Below, in pieces: positions 27,250 through 41,680 of a DNA stretch of 64,000 bases. Under the pieces are notes generated by a model. That model was not told the DNA's origin and did not search any database. It worked only from the letters and a program-made list of their open reading frames with translations. A program made the translations under genes and the position numbers. Numbering within the stretch: the first letter of the stretch is position 1; each line of letters starts with the position of its first letter. The stretch is from Octopus vulgaris (taxonomy: Eukaryota), in assembly GCA_951406725.2 (NCBI GenBank), contig OX597826.1, forward strand, positions 20,832,001 through 20,896,000. The letters are read 5' to 3'.

Positions 27250-28173
27250 TGTATGTATGTATGTATGTATGTATGTATGTATGTATGTATGTATGTATAC
27301 TAATATATATATTCTAAATAAAGAGATTATATATTTTTCTTTCTCAGTGTGTGTGTGTGTGTAAATGACCAATGAAATGAAGGATAAAAGCAAAGTAATT
27401 CCAAACCATTGAAATTTTGTCCAAATATCTCAAAAAAACCCCACAGAAAAACAAGCAGACAAATAAACCAAATGTCCTATCTGAAATCTTCAGCCCTTCC
27501 TTGTAACCATTATGGGGAGATATTAGTGGCACCAGTGGGTAGTGTAGGGGAAGGGGTGGACAGGGTGGGGGATGGCGGTTATAGATGCTTAGTCAGTGAT
27601 AATGGCCAGAATATTGGCAATAATGGCTTGGGTAAAGGAACATTATGGAATTATGGTTAAAGGAAATGTTCAATGAAGTTTCTCTTCATTCCATAGTTGA
27701 CTGCCACCATTCACACCATTGACGACAATAAAGATTTTAAGCACCATTCCCTTCATTCTGCCAAAAATAATCTAACATTACCCCTCCTCCATATCCCATC
27801 CCCATGCACACACTCATTGTGTTGTGTCTTTATTCTTTAATCAAAAGAATGCAGGTGTTGAGTGACATCAGCAAAATGTAGCCATTTTTAGCATTTCAAC
27901 GTCAATTAGAGAGAAGACGGAATTATATATAGGTGTGTGTTGTGGGGGGGGGGGGGTACTGTACATATATATATTTGAGTGTATATTCAGCTGTGTGTGT
28001 GTGGATGAACATCCAGCCTTAGAAGATCTCCTGCAACAAATTTCATCTGGTCCATGCAAGAATGGAAAAGCGAACATCCAATGATGATGATGGTGATGAT
28101 ATATGTGTGTGTGTATACATATATAGCCATGTATATGTAGACATATATATGTGAGTATATATATATAGACATG

Positions 28174-28205
<32 letters not shown>

Positions 28206-28379
28206 ACAGGTATGAATGGTATATATATCTGAACCCCTCCTCCACCCCTTACTCATGTCTACCTCTGTTGTTTCCCATCACACCCTCCCCAACTCCACCC
28301 CAAATAACTTTGCTGCTTATACCATATTTTTCCCCTTTCCACCCTGGTTCTTCAAATCCCCTCCTTGGTCACCTGAGTA

Positions 28380-29300
28380 AACGTGAACAGCTTTGGTCAC
28401 TGAGTCCAAGGCATTATTATCAACAGTGGTCTTCGTTGCACAAACCAACATTTCTAAAATTGTGAAAAAGGCCAAGAGTGTGTTAACATCAGACAGTAAC
28501 ACCTTCCTCAGCTGCTCCCCAACAGTTATTTGCTTAAAGCTATAAATGGCTATGGCACATCTACACTTATGATTTGCCTCTCACATCTGGAATGCCACTT
28601 TTTTGTCCAGGAGCTGTCCAAAGATGTGCAACCAAATGAATAACATCTGTCTGTCACCATTTCTTGAGCATATCACTTCTCTGGATATCAACACACAACA
28701 GTTTCAATATCTTGTGCAGTAGTTCTCAACCACAGCACCCAGGTCACATGTAGCCCTTAAGCATCCTTCCAGTGGCCCCCTAATGGTCTTCTGCTTATAA
28801 ATATAATAAATTTTTCTTTAACTGACAGGTGTTTTACTTGTTTTGGTGCAACCCCCTAAAAAAACCCAGGTTTGGATACCAAAAACTGTGAGAAACACTG
28901 CTTTAGGGGCTGACTTGGTAAAAGTCAACAACAACTTTGGCCCCTTTTTAAAATTCAATATCTCTTCCACCCATAGACATGCTTATAAAATATGTAGCCA
29001 TGACTTTGAAAATATTATTCCTAGATACTTCATCCTTTGAAAATTCCTTGCTTCCTGAAATTCACCAACACTTCCCTTGATGCACTTATGTACCCTTTCC
29101 TTTTTTGACTCCTTTAATCTCCACTTTTTGTCTTTTTCTATTTCATTCTGGATACCATGCATCTACTTTTGGCTTTCATTGCTGTCACTCTGCTTGACTT
29201 ATGGCTGCCTTTTGTCCCCCTTCTTTTACTCTTTCCCAATGAGCTGTTCGACAACTGAGCACTGGGTACAACAAGCTCAGTATCATCTCATGCACAAAAA
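28380..29300 (+). mobile_element. Heavily decayed CR1-like LINE 3' region (C-terminal part of ORF2)
   Basis: Frameshifted remnants GIIINSGL, ISKIVKKA, FASHIWN, AVQRCATK, ADLVKV and THRHAYKI appear in the order expected for a CR1 ORF2 C-terminus. Confidence 0.55.
28717..28900. mobile_element. hAT/Charlie-like MITE nested in the decayed LINE
   Basis: Termini CAGTAGTTCTCA and TGAGAAACACTG match as inverted repeats at 10 of 12 positions and resemble the CAGTGTTTCTCA TIR type. No clean 8-bp TSD. Confidence 0.55.
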
Positions 29301-29357
29301 ACACACACAAACACACAAACACACACACACACTCATATAAATGTATGTATTTGTGTT

Positions 29358-29409
<52 letters not shown>

Positions 29410-29541
29410 CATGTGTATATATAAATATATGTATGTATGTATGCACATGCTCATGTGTGTACATATGCATGCATATGTGGATATATGTGTGTATGTATGT
29501 ATATATACACATATCTATATACCTGTCTATCTATCTATCTA

Positions 29542-29582
<41 letters not shown>

Positions 29583-29633
29583 TTGTATAAATATATGTAT
29601 GAATTGAATGTGTACACCTGTGCATGAGTGCGC

Positions 29634-29671
<38 letters not shown>

Positions 29672-30176
29672 TTGTATATGTATCTATGTGTGCATATGTG
29701 AGTGTGTTTTATCTCATCTTTGAGTGAATAAAGACCAGATGTTTCCCTCTTTAGTCAATAGTCTTCATCAATCTATTACTATTAACTAATACTACCAACA
29801 TCAAATAGCTCAGTCTATCTCACTCATCTAGAAACGATTCCATCTTGACCCTCATCCCCCCTTCTCTTTCATACCACCCCCCATATCACAAATATTTCGC
29901 ACTAAATCTCTTCAGATCTTCCAGCATTTTATTGTTTACGGCCATCTTTTTTTTTCTTTTGGACAAAAAGCAGGAGGAGGGGGGGTTGCTTATTTCTACC
30001 ATTACTATCATTATTATAATTATGAATTTTACGATAATTATTATTGTCATCAGTTGATGTTGTTGTTGTTGTTGTTATTATTATTATTATTATTCTCTTG
30101 ACTTTGTATTGTGATTCCCATGGCTTTATGAAATTTCTGCTTCAAAAAAATAGGAAGAAAATAATACTGGCTACAC

Positions 30177-30233
<57 letters not shown>

Positions 30234-30279
30234 TAACAACAACAACAATGGTAACAAAAACAACAATAACTACAACAGT

Positions 30280-30315
<36 letters not shown>

Positions 30316-30965
30316 TCTGATGATTGTGATGATGCTGATGATGGTGATGAGCAATCTATAATTTTCTGATCTGAACTGAGAAAATTTATTTTATTTTGTC
30401 TTTGTTTTATCATTTTTAAAAAATATTTGTTTAATTTTTCTTATTTTATTTTTTACTTTTAGAAATCTGTCTTTGATGCTACACTAAATATTGATTTCTC
30501 TCTCATCCCCTTCTCTTCTTCTTCTTCTTCTTCTTCTTCTTCTTCTTCTTCTTCTTCTTCTTCTTCTTCTCTTTTCTCATTTCTCTTCTCTTTCTTCTCA
30601 ATTTTTCTCATTTACCCTTCATCTCCTCATGATAGCATCTCTAAAGTTGCTGATGGTGGTGGTTGTGCTGGTTTTTCGTGATGTTGACGTTGTTGTTGTT
30701 GTTCGTGGTGATGGGGGAAGATGGGGGAGTCACCAACAACAGTTTTATACATAGTTACTGGTGCTGTTTCCTGTCCACTGTTGCCTGGTAACAGAATGGT
30801 GTGCTAAAAATCTAATGGGCCAGATTAAAAGAAAAAAGCTGGGGGAAAAAACTATATATTCATACATATATATAGAGAGAGAGAGACATACATGCACCCA
30901 CACACATATATATATATATATATATATTTGTACACACACACATATACTCACATGTATACATACAA

Positions 30966-31017
<52 letters not shown>

Positions 31018-32575
31018 TTATATATATATATATATATATATTAAAGAAAGGAAATAACAAAGACAAAAATATAAATTAAATGAGTAAAATGGAAAGGAAA
31101 GAAAAACCAAGAGAAACCAACGAAAAGCCACCTTCTAAAACATGTGAAAGACAATTATAATGAAATAAAGTGTGTAACGAAGTATGTGGGGGGGAGGCAA
31201 GACGAAACGGTGGGGGAGGTGGTTTCGGGTTTAGTTGTTTTTTTTTCTGTGGCTGCTTTCGCCATATTTTAAAGAGTTTTCTTCAATCACACAGGAACAA
31301 ACATTTGATAGGTTGAGGAGTAGGAGGAGGAGGAGTAGGATAGCCAGGAGGAGGAGGAGGTAAAAGGAGGGGAGAATGAAAGAGTTTCTAACAGGGAGCA
31401 GCAGTAGTAGTAGCAGCAGCAGCAATAGTAGCGGTAGCAGCGGCAGTAACGGCAGTAGCAGCCTCCATGAAACATCTGTTCTGCTAGAAATGGTAAAAGG
31501 CATGCTGCTTGCTTTAACTTCATCTCTCACTGGATTCAGATTAATTTTCAACTCTCTGCAGTTTTATATCTTTTTACGATATTGTTTTCATTAAATTTTT
31601 CCTTACCGTCATTTTTATTTTTATTAAGGATTTTTGGTGATGATTTTTGTGTGTGTTTTTTTATGTCAATTAATTCTATTTTCATTTTTTTAAATCTTTT
31701 TGTTTTTAGTTTGTTTTTTTAATATTTACAAAAATACAAGTCTAACATTTATTGCAGTGGTTCCTTCGAGTAAATTAATATTTTTCATGTTTGTTTTTCC
31801 TTTCTAACTTGTTATTTGTTTATTCATTTATTTATTTATTTATTTATCATTATTATTATTATTATTTTGTTTTTGGTAAATGCAGCACAAATGAAGATTA
31901 ACAAGAGCAAATGTTTTGCTATGAGATATGAGTTTTTTGAAACAAAGATAAAAATGTTTATAATTAGTTTATTTAAGCAAAAGTAAGCAAAAAAAAACAT
32001 AAAACAAAACCAATAATTTTTAAAAAAGAAGACAGAGAGAAAGAGAGGATAGAATGAAAGAAGAAAAAGAAATCCTTTTGTTAATGCATTTCTTTTTAAT
32101 TTGCGGTTTATGGCAAGAAATAGATGTGCGTCAAACAGTTGTCGGCTCAGCTTCAGTTCAATAAATAATCATTGTTACTGATTAGTGAAAATATAAAAAA
32201 ATATTTAATAAATGGAGAAGTGCATGGCAAGTCTGCTATTTTAATATATATTCCTTACAAACTTGAAAGTTTAAAGATTAGGAATTATTCCGAACCAACA
32301 TGTTTTCAAAGCTAGAAAGAATAAAGAAAGGAAGTTTGTTCAAAGCTAATATTTACAATTTTAGCCTTATGGTCTTTTGAAGTTGTGTAAAAGGGTTGAT
32401 CTGAGCCATATTGGTGAATTTATGTGCTACACGGAACATGAGTAAACATATCAGATAAGGGGTAATAATTAAACCAAACAACTTAGATTGTTTCCATGAA
32501 AAATTGAGCAAATTCAGTAGCAGGCTGCAATAAGCAAGTGGAATTATTGTTGTTCAAACTAACACAATGTATATA

Positions 32576-32624
<49 letters not shown>

Positions 32625-34352
32625 TCTCTCTCTTCCTCTCTCTCTCTTTCTCTTCAAACTAATGCAATATACACCCTCGCCTCATTGAAAAAAATAGAAT
32701 TATGAACAAGAGCATTTTTATGCTTTTTTTATATATATATATATATAAATTGTTTTGATTTGATTTTTGTCTTGTTTTTTTCTGTTTGGAAATTATTTGA
32801 CCATTTTCCACTAGTCAGTTGCAATATTATAGATTGGGCACCACATTGCTTTTGTGTCGAGTTTTATTGCTGATAAAAATATATTAAAAAATAACTTTGA
32901 TATATTTTATGTTCTTCAGCAGATTTCATTTCATTCTTGAAAAACTCTGCATTTATTAGCCAATATTTATTGCCAATAACAGTTGAATAGAGATTTTGTT
33001 TTATGCCTTCTGATATAAGACTCAGGATAAAAAGAATTTTGTAGTTCTACGGCATTCTCAGAGAAATAAAGAATTTAATTTTTTTTTCATCTTATTCAAG
33101 AGAATAAATTGACAGAGTTCATAAAAAATCAGTTGTCTTCCAGCAGACTTTACAAATGGAACTCTCTCAAAGGTGGTTTCAATTATGAAGAATTACTTCA
33201 ATTTCAAGTTTATCACATCACCAGGATTAAAGAAAATCCTGGCAGGAAAGAGAATAATGTAAATATTTCTTCTCCAGCACAATAACATTATTGGCAATGG
33301 ACTTGTATTGTACAAGTATATTCCAGTGTAGGTCTATTAAAAAGAGCAGGGGGCAGTTCAAAGGCATTGCCGTTTATCGAAAGATTCTATCCATATTTAC
33401 TTTGTGATCTTATTCATCGAAAAGATGAAAAGTAAATTTGGTTTTTATTTTTACTCGGTTTAGTGAAAGGAGTAAATGAATAGATCACAAATGATGTAGG
33501 TAAAGAATAAAAGAAATGAAATTTCTATATTAAAAAAAAATATCTTTTATTTTATTTATACACTGGACATTTTTGCTTTGTTTTTGTTCCTTACTGAACT
33601 ATTTATTTTTTTTTTATCTTTTATTTTATTTACAATTTTTGACATAATGCTATCCAATAATATTTTGTATTTTTCCTCCCCAATGCAGGAAGCTTCCTGG
33701 CTCACAGAATCCTTGGAAATAGTTTTGGAGATTTAAATGTCTTAGTTTTACTAGCATTGTCAGTAGAATTTTTGATGTGTTTATTTGAAATAATTTCCAC
33801 TCTAGCAACATGTTTTGTATGACTTTGATTTTTTCTTTACAGCTGCCCTTTATGGGGGTTTCAAACTGCCCTTTATAGCCATTACTCTTTCAATGCTTAC
33901 CCACAGCAAATCTTTCAAAGTTTTGAGCTCATTGTTTGCTTATTGTTTTTTGTGCCCCCCCCCCCCTTCACCGCATCGTTTTTCCTGAAAATAACTTTGG
34001 TGCCAATTTTGATAAAGGACATTTGATGATGGTGGAATGTGATAGATGAGACAAGATTTTTTTGAATTGGATCTTTTATGTCTCCAGCTGCTAGGAACAT
34101 AAAGTTATTGAAATTGCCATCAACTCCTGAGTTGGTGTGAAAAACAGGATCAAATAGATTGCTGTTAGTTTGAAGGGTTTGTTCAGTTGTTGAAATTTTT
34201 GAGTTAATGTTGGCTTCTCTGGATCTGAAAAAGATGAAGAGGAAATGACAAAGTTGGTTGGGAATAAAAATTGCTAAAAATATTACAATATAAATATTCA
34301 TTCACAATTCTTCATCAGAAAATATGTGTGTATTTGAGTATGTATATATATG

Positions 34353-34400
<48 letters not shown>

Positions 34401-36259
34401 TATCTTGTCGATGATATTGACAACATATTTTAATAATAATAATATATGTGTTGTTGAAAATCTATATAATACATATTTTTGATAATGTTGTTGATAGATG
34501 TGGATGAAGAGATTAAATTTCTACAACACATGAACTCTAACTCTGCTCGTACAATCTCTAATGGCCAGAAGACATGAAACAATGCTTTGTTGAAGAATAA
34601 CTGGTAACAAGGGACATATTAACGTTTGCTGTAAAAACAAGCAAATGTTTGAATTTGAAAACATGTCCAATGCCTGCCACTGTAATAAAACAACGATAAA
34701 TTGATATAGAGCTAAATATAAATATGATATAGAACTAAATATGGGAAATATTTATTGATTTGTTAAAGAGAAACCCATGAAAGTCCAAAAAGATTTCCAT
34801 ATAATTTTAAATGAGGTTTGATTTAACGTTAAATATCATTTCAAATTATATTTCAGCCTAATGAATTATTTGCTGCAGATTTCCTAATTATGCCAACACG
34901 GAGAATTTGCCAAATCCTTTAATTAATCTACTATTTATTTTTAAAAGTTGTCTTTTAATGTCTTCAGGCATTTCCAGAAGAAGTGTAGAAAATAAATCGA
35001 AAAATATGAATCATTTTCTCCCCTAGTAATCCATGTTTACTTTTAACATTGCATTTTTCAATTGAGTTTTAGCAAATATTTGTTTCATTGTCAAGGAATA
35101 TCATTTATTTCCATTATTCTCAGCCATTCTAAACAACCTTTAGGGATAGAATTTCTCACAGATGTAAAAGTAAACAATATACACCCCTCCACACCACTTC
35201 CATTTATTCAATAATCTATAAAAAGTAGAAATTAACTTTTTTAACTTTCTTTTTTTTTTGATTTTTGATTTTTCTACATTTGGCAGTTGCTTTAGTCATC
35301 TGTAGTCTCCAAACTTACAATAATACTTATAATAATTTGTAATAATTAAAATCCAGTGAGATTTTAATGAAAATTCATTAGATACTTCAATTATGATATA
35401 GAGACATTTATTATAAACTCGAAATGACTAGAATTGAAAACTTATTCTTTTTAGAATATGGTTAGAATTTTAAACCAAGATATTTCCTTCAGGTGCTGGA
35501 AAGGCATAATTGCGAGACTGGCAAATAAAATGTCTTGTAGTTATTCAGGGTTTATTAGATCCTGAATTCAAAAACCCAGAAGGCCAACTTTAACTTTTGT
35601 CCTTCGAGTGTTGATAATAATAACCTGGGGCGGTGGATCAAGAATATTTATTCTGGCTGTTTACATTTACAGTCTGTCTGTGACAACACTGGCGCAAAAC
35701 TGTATAAGTCCTCGCCCTTCATTAAGACAACATCAGTTGAATGGAGAATAGAAACTTGTTGCAAGAAAAACTACAAGGTTTCCAAATAAACCTTGCCTAG
35801 ACTTGCCTCTTGGAGAAGAACTCCCCAGGTAAAAATACCTAATCAACCCTTCACTAACTTAACAATATATATAAGGATATGGATTTGCCCTGGAATTTCT
35901 GTTATAGTAACTGTGTTTTGGGGTTCATCTTTTTGTGTAGGAACCATCATGCACACACATGCAGACACACCATTCATACAAACCACACACACCATGTATA
36001 TGCACATACACACATACATAAGCACATCCATAAATACACAAGGCAAGTACATACCACACATACACACACAGAGGAATATATATATATATATATATATATA
36101 CATACAGAAGATTACATATGTACATGCATACATACACACACACATACATACATACATACATACATACATACATACATACATACATACATACATACATACA
36201 TACATTTTCAGCTGATATAAGCATGCAATTTGGCAAAAAGAAATGTTCATATATGGTTA

Positions 36260-37791
36260 TAGAATGAGGAAAGTCAGTCCCTCAAACCCAAAACCTGTGC
36301 ATCAATGGTCTCTCTATCTCCCCCATTCCACACAAAGAATATTACAAGTGCCTAGGCATAGACGAAAATGTATCATATGAAGGCACTGTGAATAAAGATA
36401 GAGTGACCCGAGAATGTCACACCAGACTTAGGAAAATATGGCAGTCGGAACTCTCCTCTTACAACAAAACAATATCCCACAATGCATTTGCAGTACCAGT
36501 GCTGATCCCGACATTTGGGATACTTGATTGGTCTGTAGAAGAAATCCACTCCATAGATAGCTGCAAAATCTTGACAATAACTGGGAACTTCCACAGAAAC
36601 AGTGATGTTGACAGGCTCTATCGAAGAAGAAATGGAGGTGGCAGAGGCCTGAGATCAGTGCAAACGGCCTTCGAATGCCTTATGGTCTCACTCAGGCGGC
36701 ACTTGCTGAACAACAGCAGCAAAAATAAATATATAGTTTCAGTGCTGAAAAGTGAAGTGAGCAACATTGTACGATTTGGCAGTGAATTCCTCAAGAAACA
36801 CTCTCTTCCTGATGATCGCCTATGCAGCCCCAAAACAGCTGGGCTCTCTTACCCCAGAGAAGACCTGGAGTGAAAGCACTCAACATACAAAAAGAAGACC
36901 ATGCATGGGTATGTTGCCCGAAAGCTTGAAGAAGACAGTAGAATTGACACGAAGTGCAGCCTCTCTTGGACACAAGACCACTACATCACACTTTGAAGGC
37001 TATTCATTTGCAATCCAGGAACAGAAGATTGCCACAAAGTACCTGGTGAACAAGAGAGACAGTGATGCTCTTATAATCCCAAGGTACAACTGTATGTGTA
37101 GGCTATGTCATGTTCCTGTGGAAGACATTACGCATGTGATTAGCAGCTGTCCTAAAATGTCGTCATGGTGCTACCTCCCTATGCGGCACAATATTGTTGC
37201 TAAAACAATTTACAATTCCATACGCAAAAAGAAACTGTCTTGAAATAAACTTAGAAAATCCTTCTGTTATGGAATACATTCATAAACACCAACTCAAGGA
37301 ACACTGGCGGAATATTCCCATCAAAGCTTCTGTCAAATGTAAACATAACAGGCCGGATATTGTTGTTTGAGACAGAGGGCCAAAGGTATGTGCCATCATA
37401 GAGGTCAGCTGCCTTGTAGATATAAATATCTCTTTGAAAATCAATGTAAAAGAGGATGTCTATGGACAACTGTTTCGAAACCTCCAGCTTCTATATCAAG
37501 ACTATGAATTCATATTCATACCAATAATAATTGGAGCACTGGGTTTTGTTAGTAAATGCTTAAAGGAGAATCTGGATAAACTGAGATTTTCAGAAAGGGG
37601 AATCCACCAGTTAATCCGTACATTACAAGTGTAATCCGTGAGTGGAACAGTAAAAATATGCAAGAGTTTTCTCAAGTTCCAAATGTGAATTTGTCTATGT
37701 TAACTACATCCCAAAGATGAAGCCTTCTATTTTTGTTGGAAACCGGCTCTCTCCTCAGTGGAAGATTTATAATAATTAAAAAAAAAGAGAC
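36260..37791 (+). mobile_element. 5'-truncated R4-like RLE non-LTR retrotransposon (RT end, CCHC knuckle, PD-(D/E)xK endonuclease, 3' UTR)
   Basis: YYKCLGID, NAFAVPVL, VDRLYRRRNGGGRGL, CRLCHVPVEDITHVISSC (C-x2-C-x8-H-x4-C), HNRPDIVV and IPIIIGALG, interrupted by stops and frameshifts. Ends in A-rich sequence next to (CATA)n. Confidence 0.9.
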
Positions 37792-37949
37792 ATACATACA
37801 TACATACGCAAGCACACTGGTATGCACATATATGTATGCAACAAGATCTCAGACCAACAAAGGCAGCTTCCATAATGGATGAAGAGAGAAGTCATTGAAA
37901 AGGTTACAAATAACAACAAAAGAGCTTTGACAAAAACAAAGAAAAACTT

Positions 37950-38075
37950 ACTGTTTAACAAACAATTGATTGGTCAGTTGGATATTTAACAAATCGACTA
38001 ACAATAAAGAAGGAGTGGAATTGAACCAGTGCGTGTGTTAATAATATTGGCATAGTGATCTTCCCTAAGACACAA
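37950..38075 (+). repeat. Dispersed repeat, second copy at about 49195-49300
   Basis: aataaagaaggagtggaattgaaccagtgcgtgtgtt...cttccctaagacacaa aligns by eye with aataaagaagtgaaattgaatcagtacatgtgtt...cctcccaagatataa. Confidence 0.6.
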
Positions 38076-38905
38076 CCACAAACACACACACACACACACG
38101 AGTGAGTGAGTGCATGGTGTTAGTGGGGGGTATGAGAGAGGGTTTAGGAGGTTAGGGTGGTAAATATGATGAGGTAGTGATTTGGGGAAAGAAAGGCGCA
38201 AGGTGTTGGGAATAGACCTGAGTTAGACTGCTTGGATTTTTTGTATGATTAGGACTGGGATGCGTGTAAAGTTTTATAAACTAAAGTGCTTTATATGTGG
38301 GCCAAATGTGAATGTTTCTTCCTTGATGTGGTGTGTATTTGCAGGAAAGATTAATATATTTAACTTCTTTGCTAAACAAGGGTTACATCTGTTGCCTTAC
38401 CTATTGTATTTGGGGTTTTTAATAATAATTCACCAATTTGGAGGTAAAATGACAAGCTCATGATACTTCAAAATCATATAAACTCAGAAAGAGATGAAGC
38501 ATTATGCTTGCTTCTATCTCTAAATGATTAAAGCTATACAATGAACACATACTGTTAAGTCCAATACAACTCCTTGTCATGCCATCTAAATCAAAGATAT
38601 CGGTTCTGTATATTGTTAAAGATATCAGCTCTATACCAGTTCCTTCCCAATCCACTTTTATGTTCAAAGGACAGTTTTCAAGAAACCTGAAATCACATGT
38701 TCATAGTAGAGCATTGCTTGAGTTAATCTTTTTTTTTTTATTGTGGTTGAAGGTTTGTTAACCTGTGATTAGAAGGCAACTATAGATATCTTTGACTGTG
38801 TTTCTATTGAATATTTTGATATTCATGTGAGCATCAGTTAGTGTGAGAAAGTGTACAACCACATTTTCATTTGTAGTCATTCTTACTATAAGGCAGAGTG
38901 GTAGA

Positions 38906-38960
<55 letters not shown>

Positions 38961-40035
38961 GGTAGGTATGTATGAATATACATCATACATATATATATGT
39001 ATGTATGTATGTATGTTTGTATGTATTTATATACATATATGTATATATATGTGTGTGTGTGTGTATATATATATATGTAATGTATGTTGTATATATGCAT
39101 ATGTAATGCATATATTTATATATGAGAGAGAGGAGAAATAGAGTAAGGGAGAGAGAGAGAGAATGAGTATGTTGAATTGTTGAAACAAATGTAAACCTGA
39201 GTTGTTTTACTGCCATACACGAACTGAAATACTGTTGCTGTTAGGAGACGCATCGTATTGAACTTGTCTCAGTCACATTCACAACTACTTTTATTTCACT
39301 GTTCTATGTAATCAACAGTTAAAGGAACACCCAACGATTAAATGATGCTCCTCCCTTCCCCACCTCAAACTTTTATAAAAGTCTGAATTTAAATAATAGC
39401 AAAACCATAATAGCAGAGAAAATAAACGGCAATGGGGATGTTTGAAACCTTGATCTGTCATCTTCCATTGATTGACTCATGATTGACTTGACACCAGAAG
39501 ATTCGTATTGAGAGAAGAAGGAATAAAAAAAATCACCATTCTGTGATTGCCATTATATAATCAAAACAGGCGATTGAATAAATTCTGTGTGCCATTAGTG
39601 TTTGTTATTCTAATTGTCATCGAACATTTCTTCAATTTAATGAACCAAATATAAACCTGTTTAACACTTCAATAACACATCCTTTTTTAATATCACCATC
39701 ATTTGCAATTCATGTTCCTATAAAGATCAGATTTGACATTTATTATATGGTTCGTATCTCCCGAGCAATCAAAACTCTTTCTTAATTATTGTAATTCCTA
39801 TTCACAAAGATTCAAATGTATTAATGATATTCAAGTGAAATTGTTTGCTTTGCTTCTAAATAGCTTTCTTCACTAAGGAATCCAAACATGAACACTTGGA
39901 AATTAATGGCCATCAATTAGAACATCTAACCTACAGCTTCAACGGCAATTGAATGTTCAAATATTGATAACTATTCTTCCTTTTGTCATACTTTTGCTCT
40001 ATTATTTTTTTTTCTTTTTCTTTATCTTGTTGTAG

Positions 40036-40098
40036 GAAAAGAATACGAAAGGATCCTAGCTGATGAGTTCAAAATATTTGGTTATCCATCCACTATAG
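40036..40098 (+). CDS. Candidate 63-nt symmetric (phase 1-1) cassette exon of the dachshund-like gene: GKEYERILADEFKIFGYPSTI
   Basis: Long pyrimidine tract ending ttgttgtAG (40034-35) and donor AG|GTAGGA (40099). The length is a multiple of 3, it is stop-free in the frame that continues exon 20334-20455 and feeds exon 59410, and it lies in repeat-free sequence. Confidence 0.5.
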
Positions 40099-40237
40099 GT
40101 AGGAAAACGCTTTCACTTTTGGCAATATCTGAAAAATATTATCATTGTTTTGTCTAAATACATTTTTTTTTACCTTTGTAATACATACTTACATAAGCAT
40201 GTATCGTTTAGCATCCACTTTCCATGCTAGCATGGGT

Positions 40238-40287
<50 letters not shown>

Positions 40288-40754
40288 TGTATATTCTGAA
40301 TACATTTTGTTTGAGTTTTATAATATTTACAAATTGATTGGTAAATACACTTAAAAAGCATTTAGTAATCAGTTAAATACATCTTAAATTCATTGAAGAA
40401 TCTGGTAAGGAATGAATTGTTTGCAGACCTGAACAAATATTGGGAATGTTTTAAAGAGAAATGAATAGGTTTAAGATTAAAGATTACTATAAAACTCCAT
40501 GTATAATGCTTACTTTTTAGCTTTCATATTAGGGAGTATATAATATTTGAGGTGTGTATCATAGATGATATTAGAGATGTGTGTATAACACAAGATATTA
40601 TCAGATATATAATACATGGTATTAGAAATATGCATAAGACAAGCAATTGAATTGATACGTATTTCCCATGCATTTCTATTGAGAAAAACAACTGTAATTG
40701 ATATCATTTATAAACTATTTTTATTATATATCAATGTATTTTATTTAGAATGAA

Positions 40755-40793
<39 letters not shown>

Positions 40794-41253
40794 GTGTAGT
40801 AGAATATCTACTATTGTGGCAGTTGTACAACACTGAGTGGTGTAATTGGTAGAGCAATATGCAAGAATATTAGAGTAACTTTGTTACTTAAACTCTTAAG
40901 ATAGTAAGAGAGAGCGGTAGAAAACAAAAAGTAATTTGCAGCAAATACATGCATACATGTGTGTGTGTGTGTGTGTGTGTTAAAATACTGGAAAATTTGC
41001 TATATTTTTAATTCCCTGTTACACATGTTTCATTAGAGTGTAGGAAATATATTATGAATAGAAACTGTAATAGTAGTATTAATATAATAAATATAATAAA
41101 ACCATAATAGGTGTAGGAAATATGGATTGGATCTCCTCTCAGACTCAACAAAACTCCAAAAGCAATGCAGTTCTACTCGGAAGAAATTGCCATTTATGGT
41201 TTGTAGAGTTTACTGGGAGTATATTGAGAGATAAAGAGGATGAAAAAGATATG

Positions 41254-41287
<34 letters not shown>

Positions 41288-41632
41288 TGTGTGCATATAG
41301 CTGTGTATGCATATAGCTGTGAATGAGTGTGAATTAATTCAAACCCTTTTTTGACAGCAAATATATATTTTCATATTCATCATCAACAACAACAATGACG
41401 ATGATGACGATGATGCTGATGATGGTTTCAATTGATAATTAAAGATTATTCTGTAAGCGAGACCAATGGATGGTTAAATTGAGAAAGTCACCCTCCTTGG
41501 AAACTGTCAAAATAGTTATTAAGAATAAGAAGGAGAAAACAGCATGAAGACCATGGTCTTAAATTCATTGGAATCTTATTTACCATTATTTACAAGACAC
41601 CAGTTATTATTACAAAAGCAATAACACCACTC

Positions 41633-41680
<48 letters not shown>

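Noticed and set aside
33843-33990. Acceptor-like tttctttacAG with an open phase 1 frame and a duplicated ctgccctttat
   Set aside because: No good donor before the stop codon, and the peptide is unremarkable.
33915-34301. 128-aa minus-strand ORF in non-repetitive sequence
   Set aside because: No recognisable motif or splice signals; composition fits a chance ORF in AT-rich DNA.
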